In this document: positions 47,524 through 54,250 of the stretch, in pieces
Layout: the number at the start of each line of letters is the position of its first letter
Position numbering within the stretch: the stretch's first letter is position 1
NCBI GenBank assembly: GCA_965232515.1
Contig: CBDDPY010000002.1
Coordinates: 4,960,001-5,024,000 of the forward strand
Length of the DNA stretch: 64,000 bases
Direction of reading: 5' to 3'
Origin: Alphaproteobacteria bacterium
GTDB taxonomy: Bacteria; Pseudomonadota; Alphaproteobacteria; GCA-2731375
Made by a program: the position numbers and the translations under genes
Notes under the pieces: model-generated
What the model was told of the DNA's origin: nothing
Databases searched by the model: none
Seen by the model: the letters and a program-made list of their open reading frames with translations, nothing else

Positions 47524-48515
47524 CCGGCCGCCGTCGCCGGGCTTGCCGGCAACGCCGGCCGATCGCCGGGCAGCGTGCACCGCCCGTCGGCATAGTCGGC
47601 GATATAGTCGGCGATCAGCGGCGCCGCACCCGGCACGCCCTTGTAGCCGGGGAAGTAGTTCACATCCACGACCACCGGACCTTCCGGCCCCTCGATAAAA
47701 TCAAGCCCATAGAGTCCGAGGCCGAAGACCTCGCCGCAACTGAGCGCGATCCGCCGCACCTCTTCGCTGATCTCACAGGCTTCGCCGGCCCGCGTGAAGC
47801 TCGTCGGCGAAAACCGCTTTCGCGTCCCGAATACTTCGCTGCCGACGACATAGACCTTCAGGTCTTCGCCCGGGCCGGGGACAAAGTCCTGCACGATGAC
47901 CGGAACCGGCGACGGCGGCACGGCCGCCAGCTCGACCGCGTTGCGCACGACATGGATGTCGGCGCCGCGATGCCCGCGGTGCGGCTTGATGATCAACGGG
48001 CCGTCCGCCAGTTGCGGCGCCAGCAGCGTCAGGTCGCCGGTCACCCACGAGCGTGGCGCCGGCAGGTCCGCGGCGCGCAGCCGTCGGCAGGCGGTGATCT
48101 TGTCCTGCGCCGCGAGGCACGCGGCATAGGGATTGAGCATGCGGGCGCCCTGGCCATGCAACGTCCCCGCGAGACTGAGCGTCAGCTCGGTATGCGACTT
48201 GATGACGTAAAGATCGTGTTCGACGTCCAGCAGGTCTGCCCGCACGACCATCTCTTCGGCGATGCCGGTTTCGACTCTGAAGCCCCGTCCGCGCAGGATG
48301 TCGAAGACCTCGCGCAGTACCGGGCTGTCCACCGGTGGGACGCGCCGGACCAGCAGGAAATACAAGCTTCCGTTGGCGACCCTTGAGGGTTTGGCAAAGC
48401 CTTTTCGCGCTGTCTTTCGCGCTTTTCCGGTGGCCTTCATCCCGCTGGCGGCTCGTCCGAGGTTGCCTTCATGGGTACCAAGACGAGGCTGGGGGCGCGT
48501 TGCGACGACCTTCAT
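47520..48515 (-). CDS. ATP-grasp protein 4 (ITPK1/RimK-like)
   Basis: QDK, PLIIKPHRGHRG, IVQDFV..DLKVYVVG, GLYGLDFI..VVDVNYFPGYKGVP. Confidence 0.85.
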   Translation of the reverse strand: MKVVATRPQPRLGTHEGNLGRAASGMKATGKARKTARKGFAKPSRVANGSLYFLLVRRVPPVDSPVLREVFDILRGRGFRVETGIAEEMVVRADLLDVEHDLYVIKSHTELTLSLAGTLHGQGARMLNPYAACLAAQDKITACRRLRAADLPAPRSWVTGDLTLLAPQLADGPLIIKPHRGHRGADIHVVRNAVELAAVPPSPVPVIVQDFVPGPGEDLKVYVVGSEVFGTRKRFSPTSFTRAGEACEISEEVRRIALSCGEVFGLGLYGLDFIEGPEGPVVVDVNYFPGYKGVPGAAPLIADYIADYADGRCTLPGDRPALPASPATAAG

Positions 48516-49360
48516 GCTCGCTCCCCCCGGTCACGAGCGGCGTGCCCGTAGCCCTGGCCGGACTTGGCCTCCGCGCAGGCATCGTAAATATAGTCGGCCA
48601 GGTGCCGGCCGGCCTCCGGCACGCCTTTGAAGCCGGGAAAGGCGCTCGTGTCCACGACGTAGGGTCGGCCGTGGCTGATAACGACGTCGATTCCGAAGAC
48701 ATCGATACCGAAGGTTCGCCTGCAACGCATAACGATGTCGAGCAGGTCGTCGACGACTTCGAAAGGTTCACCCAGCTTTTGTTCATAGGTCTGCGCCGGC
48801 CACACGCGTTTGACGCCGAACACGCGTTCGCCGATGCAGTAGATCTTTCGATCCCGTCCTTCCGGCTCCTTGTAGCGTTGAGCTAAAACCGGCGACCTGT
48901 CGAGCGGGATCGTGCTCAGTTGATCTTGCATCCGAATGACATGTACGCCGCGCCCCCGTGAGCCCCGACAGGGCTTCACGATCAACGGCCCCTCATCCAG
49001 CAGGTCCACCAGTTGCTCCGGACGACTGGCGACATAGCTCTCCGGGGCCGGGATGTTGGCCGCCTCGAGCATCTGCGCGGCCACGATTTTGTCGCGCAGC
49101 ATCTCAGAGACCGGATAGGGATTGACGATCCGCGCGCCCAGAGCATGCAGCGCTCCGGCCAGGCTCAACGTCAAGTCGCTGCGATACTTCAAGATGTAGA
49201 GGTCATGTTCGACCCGTAATCGCGTCAGATCGGTCCGCCGTTCCTCCGGGGCGATGACCTCCACGGCAACGCCACGATCGGAAAGGCGCCGAATTATTTC
49301 GGCTGCGATGGAAACGCTATGTGTTTGACGCCCTGCGCGGAGGAACATGGCGATCCTCAT
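48512..49360 (-). CDS. ATP-grasp protein 3 (ITPK1/RimK-like)
   Basis: Start MRIAMF after GGAG; RDK, PLIVKPCRGSRG, LAQRY..DRKIYCIG, FGIDVV..VVDTSAFPGFKGVP. Confidence 0.85.
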   Translation of the reverse strand: MRIAMFLRAGRQTHSVSIAAEIIRRLSDRGVAVEVIAPEERRTDLTRLRVEHDLYILKYRSDLTLSLAGALHALGARIVNPYPVSEMLRDKIVAAQMLEAANIPAPESYVASRPEQLVDLLDEGPLIVKPCRGSRGRGVHVIRMQDQLSTIPLDRSPVLAQRYKEPEGRDRKIYCIGERVFGVKRVWPAQTYEQKLGEPFEVVDDLLDIVMRCRRTFGIDVFGIDVVISHGRPYVVDTSAFPGFKGVPEAGRHLADYIYDACAEAKSGQGYGHAARDRGERA

Positions 49361-49520
49361 GTCGAACTCCTCCGGCTGGCTTTCCGCCCGCATGCTTCTC
49401 TTGTCGTCTGGTGAATGAAGGCAACATCGTCGGTCGCCGCCTGGTTCGAGCCCGGCCCCCGCAAATCGGGCCTTTCTTTGAGCAAGACGCTGCGTTGCAT
49501 TGCCATCGCCATCACCCATT

Positions 49521-50804
49521 TCATTCAGGTCGGGGTGCACGGGTAATCAGGCTGTATAGCGCTCGCCCGGTTAAGCGACCGCATTCGGACATCTCGTTAT
49601 GACGCGAGGGCCGCTGCCAGGCCCAGGTCATGGTCTTCAGGTCGATCAGCAGGTTCTCTCGTTGCCAGCCGCGGGCGAAACGGTCGTATCGGCTCATGAC
49701 CAGGTGGCCCAGGCGGCTGGCGCTGTCGATCGCGCAGATGCGTTCCATGGCGGCGCGGACGCCCTGGCTGCCCATGTCGCGGTCGAGCAGCACCGCCGCC
49801 GGATCGTCCGGGTTGCGGTAGTGCAGGGCCGCCGCGATACCGACCGCCAGGTTGGTCGGCCGCCGGCCGGCCTTCGCCGCCAGCCGGAGAGCGCCAACCA
49901 GCCGGTCGGCGGGCGCCAGCTTGCGAAAGGGATCGCGGGCAACGCGGGTCACGGGATCGTTCAGCACGGCATTGTCGAAGCGCCGGAGAACAGCCGTCAG
50001 GGTATCGCGGCCGCCGGCGATGGCGGCGCCGTAGCGGGCGGCGAGCCCGGCCTGTCCCTCGGCCATCGCCTTCCGGACGACGGCGCGAATCTCCGGATCG
50101 CGGACCGCCGCGTGAATGTAGCGATAGCCCTTCAGATAGCCGATATAGGCGCAGGTCGCGTGCCCGGCGCTGAACATGTAGAGCTTGCGGTGCACATGAG
50201 CGCCGTAATCGGCGGCGACTTTCATGCCGGCGATCACCGGTTTCGGATCGCGCAGCGCCCGGCCGTCGACGACGAACGTCTCGGCTTGGTCGCCGATCAG
50301 GGTCACCGGCTCGGCACAATCGCGCGCCATCTCGAGGTGCGATACCGCGCGCGAGACGAGGGCGCTGACGAAACCGTGCGCGCCGGCGCGGCGCGCGCCC
50401 AGTTCCCGCGCCACCAGTTGGCGTAGTCGGCGGCCCGGGTCTTCCAGGTTCTCGAAGGCGAGCACGTTGACCGGCGACTGTCGCCGCGCCAGTCCCGCCG
50501 AGATCAGCGGCGCCACGTCGGCCAGGTTGTCGGGCCCCACCGCGGTCGCCACCACATTGGCGTTGGCGATCTCGTCGACGGCGCGGGCCTGGTCGTGGAT
50601 CGACACCGCGTCGACTCCACCGACCTCGGTTTCCACACTGTCGGCGCCGTTCGACAACCGCACCCGATAACGCCCGGCCGTGTTCAGGTGCGACAGCAGA
50701 CGCTGGTTGCGCCCGATGAAGGTCAGGTCATAGCCGGACGCCCGCAGCAGATGGCCGGCGAAGCCGCAGCCGACCCGGCCGGGGCCGATGATGACGGCTT
50801 TCAT
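49521..50804 (-). CDS. mtlD: Mannitol-1-phosphate 5-dehydrogenase-like polyol-phosphate dehydrogenase (divergent)
   Basis: MKAVIIGPGRVGCGF, TAVG, FENL, RKLYMFSAGHATCAYIG, RFDN..D..RVARDP.RKL..DRL match the MtlD pattern. Confidence 0.78.
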   Translation of the reverse strand: MKAVIIGPGRVGCGFAGHLLRASGYDLTFIGRNQRLLSHLNTAGRYRVRLSNGADSVETEVGGVDAVSIHDQARAVDEIANANVVATAVGPDNLADVAPLISAGLARRQSPVNVLAFENLEDPGRRLRQLVARELGARRAGAHGFVSALVSRAVSHLEMARDCAEPVTLIGDQAETFVVDGRALRDPKPVIAGMKVAADYGAHVHRKLYMFSAGHATCAYIGYLKGYRYIHAAVRDPEIRAVVRKAMAEGQAGLAARYGAAIAGGRDTLTAVLRRFDNAVLNDPVTRVARDPFRKLAPADRLVGALRLAAKAGRRPTNLAVGIAAALHYRNPDDPAAVLLDRDMGSQGVRAAMERICAIDSASRLGHLVMSRYDRFARGWQRENLLIDLKTMTWAWQRPSRHNEMSECGRLTGRALYSLITRAPRPE

Positions 50805-51640
50805 TGCAGCACCCTCCGTGGGGCGGCGGGCGTCGAGGCCCAGTCGGCATCCTGGGCGCAGGTGTAGACATAGTCGGCCAGACGTAGCGCCGCGTCCGGC
50901 ACGCCCTTGAACCCGGGAAAGCTGTTAACATCGACGACATAGGCCTGACCGTTGCTGAAGATCACGTCGATCCCGAATACGTCGATGCCGAAGGCGCGGC
51001 CGCTCATCAAGGCGATATCCCGCAATTCCGCCGAGATCGTCAGCGGGCGGCCCAGCTTCTGCCGGTAGGTCCGGGCCGGCCATTCGCGCTCGACGCCGAA
51101 CACCTGTCCGTTGATGCAATAGATCTTGTGGTCGAAGCGGTCCGGCGCCTTGTAGCGCTGGGCGATGACGGGTCCGGTGCTGGCCGGCAGTTGTTCCAGC
51201 TCCGCGCGGTCGCGCACCACGCGGATACCCCGGCCCTTCGAACCGCGGGCCGGTTTGATGACCAGCGCGCCTTCTTCCAGGATCGACGCCAGATCGCTCG
51301 GCCTTTCGGCGGCATAGGCCGGCGGCGTCGGGATCCGCGCCCGCTGCAGAATGCGGTAGACGATCGCCTTGTCCCTCAGCATCGCGGCCACGGGAAAGGG
51401 ATTGATGATCCGCGCGCCGGTCGCGTGCAGCGCGCCGGCGAAGCTCAGCGCGCCTTCGCTGCTCGATTTCAGGACATAGAGGTCGTGATGGGGCCAGCGC
51501 TGGGTCAGACAGATCGGGCTTTCGTCCGGACAGATCAGGTCGATCTCCGCGCCCCACTCCGACAGCAGGTGGACCATCTCCCGCATGATCGGGCTGCTTT
51601 GTCCGTCCGGATGGGCGCGAACCAGAAAACCGATTTTCAC
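50801..51640 (-). CDS. ATP-grasp protein 2 (ITPK1/RimK-like)
   Basis: RDK, LVIKPARGSKG, IAQRY..DHKIYCING, FGIDVI..YVVDVNSFPGFKGVP. Confidence 0.85.
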   Translation of the reverse strand: MKIGFLVRAHPDGQSSPIMREMVHLLSEWGAEIDLICPDESPICLTQRWPHHDLYVLKSSSEGALSFAGALHATGARIINPFPVAAMLRDKAIVYRILQRARIPTPPAYAAERPSDLASILEEGALVIKPARGSKGRGIRVVRDRAELEQLPASTGPVIAQRYKAPDRFDHKIYCINGQVFGVEREWPARTYRQKLGRPLTISAELRDIALMSGRAFGIDVFGIDVIFSNGQAYVVDVNSFPGFKGVPDAALRLADYVYTCAQDADWASTPAAPRRVLQ

Positions 51641-52527
51641 GACACCCTCCCCTTATCCGATGCCGGCGCACCGTCCGCGCTCAGGCAATGGGCGGCGATG
51701 TAATCGGCCAAACGGTGATCGGCGTCCGGCACGGCGGAATAGTTCGGGAAGTCGTTCACCTCGATGACCACCAGGCCTCTCGAGCTTTCCAGGCAATCGA
51801 CGCCATAGAGATCGAGTTCGAAGGCCGCGCGGCAGGTCTGCGCCAGGCGCCGCATGGCTGGCGTCACCGTTACCAGCTCGGCATCGTCGTCCATGGCCGC
51901 GTGCGGCAGCGGCGACGGCTTGCGTACCGCCCAGAGGTCGGCGCCGATGCCGTAGAGTTTCAGGTCATAGCTGTCGCTCGGCAGGAAGTGCTGGGCCAGG
52001 ACCGTCGGATCCGGCCACGCGAGGTCCACCAGCTCGCGCGCGCTGTCGACGAGACGTATGCCGCGGGCATTGTCGCCGAAGACGGGCTTCAGGATCAGCG
52101 GGTAGTCCACGCCGGGGTTCAGTTTGCGCGGAAGCAGGGCGATCGGGCCGACGAACGTCCGCGGGATCGGCAACCCCTCCGCCGCCAGCACCATGGACAT
52201 GTGCGCCTTGTTCAGCACCGCTCTGATGCTGGCGCTGCGGTTGATGGTGGGCGTGCCCTGCCGTTCCGCATGGCTCAGCAGCAACAGAAGCATCAGGCTC
52301 CGGCCGCGGGCCACCACGGCGTCGAACGTGATGGTCGGTGAACGATTGTCGAAACGGCAAACGGCGGCGTCCGGGTCGACCAGCTCGACGTCATAGCCGC
52401 GCTCGGCGAGCGCCGTCATCACGCCGGCGGGCTGCGGCTGCGACATGTAGCGCCGCTCGGCCAGAATGCCGATCTTCGGTGCCGTCGACGACCGACGGCA
52501 CCCCTGTGGGGATAGTCCCATCGTCAT
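51637..52527 (-). CDS. ATP-grasp protein 1 (ITPK1/RimK-like)
   Basis: LNK, PLILKPVFGDNARG, LAQHF..DLKLYGIG..AVRKPSP, YGVDCL..VIEVNDFPNY. Confidence 0.85.
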   Translation of the reverse strand: MTMGLSPQGCRRSSTAPKIGILAERRYMSQPQPAGVMTALAERGYDVELVDPDAAVCRFDNRSPTITFDAVVARGRSLMLLLLLSHAERQGTPTINRSASIRAVLNKAHMSMVLAAEGLPIPRTFVGPIALLPRKLNPGVDYPLILKPVFGDNARGIRLVDSARELVDLAWPDPTVLAQHFLPSDSYDLKLYGIGADLWAVRKPSPLPHAAMDDDAELVTVTPAMRRLAQTCRAAFELDLYGVDCLESSRGLVVIEVNDFPNYSAVPDADHRLADYIAAHCLSADGAPASDKGRVS

Positions 52528-52610
52528 GCCCTCTTTATTTCTGCGTCGCGGATTTCGTTTTGCCGCCGCCCGACTGCGGCATCCGCTGTCAATTCGTGTT
52601 TAGTTTGTTC

Positions 52611-52650
52611 GTTTCAGTTTTATGACAAATTTACACGGCGCAGATGACAA
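52611..52650 (-). promoter_or_regulatory. Pho-box-like direct repeats upstream of the ATP-grasp operon
   Basis: Minus strand reads TTGTCAT (52650-52644) and, 22 bp later, TTGTCAT-AAAA-CTGAAAC (52628-52611); PhoB consensus is CTGTCAT-A/T4-CTGTCAC. Confidence 0.65.
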
Positions 52651-52810
52651 ACACCTGTCGCCAAGATTAAGACCAGATGAATAAGACATTAGTGTTGGAT
52701 GAACGGGCGCGACCGCGCGACCAAGCCGTCTTTCAGTCCGTTATTTGCGCAACCCGGAGTCAGAAAAGCGGCGCCTGCGATCCGGTTTGGCGCGTTAGCC
52801 GACCGCGATG

Positions 52811-53605
52811 TCACTCAGGCATGCTGCGCCAGGTCTCCGCGCATTCGGTGCAGGACGACCGGCGCGGATGCAGAAACGCGAACGGGTTTGCCGTCAACGT
52901 CGGCACGACGGTGTCGACCACATCGCGGGCGCGCATCAGCTTCGCTGGTGCGTATCCGACCGGGCCTTCGGCTTGCAGGCCGCGTTCCGTCAGCCAGGCG
53001 TTCGCCAGGCGGAACAGCGCGCAGCAATGATCGTTCTCCAGATAGTCGATCCGCGTCGGCCGGCCGTCCCGCGACACGGTGATGTGCTTCGGGCGCCGGT
53101 AGGGCACGTCCGCCAGCAATTCGGCCAGATGCAGCATGGTGCTGGCGTCGTGGTCGACGCCCAGCAGCAGCACCTTGCCGTCGGCCTCCAGCACGCGCCC
53201 GACCGGGCTCTCGTGCTGATGCGGTGGCAGCACCAGATCGTCGGCCAGGATCTCGGTGGCCTTCGGCCCGCGCGCCGAGAACGCGAAGGCATGCCGGCCG
53301 CGCTTGACGCCCGGCAGCAGCCGGAATGTTTCGGCGACGACACCCAGATCCTCCGCCACCGGCGTCGATACGGGATCGAACACGGCGTCGTCGTCGCCAG
53401 TCCACGACGGCATCGCGATCGTGCCCTCGGGCCCGACGGCTGCGCCCAGCGCCGCAATCAACCCGGCCGGCCCGCCCGCCACCGGCCGCACCGCGCGAAA
53501 CGACGTATGCACCAGCACGACATCGCCACGCGCGACGCCGAGCGCCTGGAGCTGGGCGACGAGCTCCGGCACAGAAATCTCGCAACGGGCATGCCATGCG
53601 GTCAT
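52811..53605 (-). CDS. aac(3)-IV: Aminoglycoside 3-N-acetyltransferase, AAC(3)-IV-like
   Basis: LVHTSFRAVRP, MPSWTG.DD..FDP, DLGVV.ETF, LPPH..SPV.RV, LHLAEL, DYLENDHCC, EGPVG, FLHP..CTEC, collinear with AAC(3)-IVa as recalled. Confidence 0.85.
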   Translation of the reverse strand: MTAWHARCEISVPELVAQLQALGVARGDVVLVHTSFRAVRPVAGGPAGLIAALGAAVGPEGTIAMPSWTGDDDAVFDPVSTPVAEDLGVVAETFRLLPGVKRGRHAFAFSARGPKATEILADDLVLPPHQHESPVGRVLEADGKVLLLGVDHDASTMLHLAELLADVPYRRPKHITVSRDGRPTRIDYLENDHCCALFRLANAWLTERGLQAEGPVGYAPAKLMRARDVVDTVVPTLTANPFAFLHPRRSSCTECAETWRSMPE

Positions 53606-53766
53606 GGATCAAGCGCTTTTCTATAGGGTTGGCAGGTAGGGTCCGAATACGTTGACCGGGCGATGGCGAAGCCGGGGCGAAAAGACAGAGTCGATTCCAT
53701 GTATCGAGGGATCATAGCTTGAAGACCGTTTCTGGAGCGCCGGATTTGTCTTCGTCGTAAAATACA

Positions 53767-53776
53767 GGTATATACC
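53767..53776. promoter_or_regulatory. MarR operator-like palindrome
   Basis: GGTATATACC in AT-rich DNA immediately before the marR ATG. Confidence 0.5.
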
Positions 53777-53782
53777 CATAAT

Positions 53783-54199
53783 ATGACCGACACCGCCTGC
53801 ATGTGTATCGGGCTGCGCCGGGCCGGCCGAGCGGTCACGCGTTTCTACGATGACGCCCTGGCGCCGGCCGGGGTGAACGCCACGCAGTTCTCCCAGTTGC
53901 GCGCGATCCTGCGGGCCGGATCCCCGACCATCGGCGCGCTGGCTGACGCCACCGATCTCGACCGCAGCACGCTTGGACGCAATATCCGCGTCCTCGCGCG
54001 CATGGGTCTCGTCCGGTTCGAGCCGGGCGCGGACGAGCGCACGCGCCTTGTGTCGGTTACCACGGATGGCAAGCGGGTGTTGAAGGCCGCCACGCCGCTT
54101 TGGCGGACGGCGCAGTCGGCGCTCGCCGAGAAGCTGGGCGCCGGTCGCCGCGCCGTCCTGTTCGATCTTCTGCATGAGTTGGAGACCGTCGACGTCTGA
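53783..54199 (+). CDS. MarR family regulator (N-terminal CxC)
   Basis: CMCIGLRRAGRAVTRFYD, LDRSTLGRN, DERTRLVSVT..G. Confidence 0.9.
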   Translation: MTDTACMCIGLRRAGRAVTRFYDDALAPAGVNATQFSQLRAILRAGSPTIGALADATDLDRSTLGRNIRVLARMGLVRFEPGADERTRLVSVTTDGKRVLKAATPLWRTAQSALAEKLGAGRRAVLFDLLHELETVDV

Positions 54200-54250
54200 G
54201 TTTGCAACCGGCCGCGACAGACGGCCGGGCGACAAGAAGGGAGGCCGAAA

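Noticed and set aside
47520-52527. Graspetide/microviridin RiPP or RimK ribosomal-protein modification cluster
   Set aside because: No precursor peptide with repeated cores and no peptidase or ABC exporter is present, and the motifs (K instead of R; DxNxFPG) fit kinases better. Not fully excluded.
44943-53605. Aminoglycoside biosynthesis cluster with AAC(3) as self-resistance
   Set aside because: No DOI synthase, aminotransferase or glycosyltransferase genes are present.
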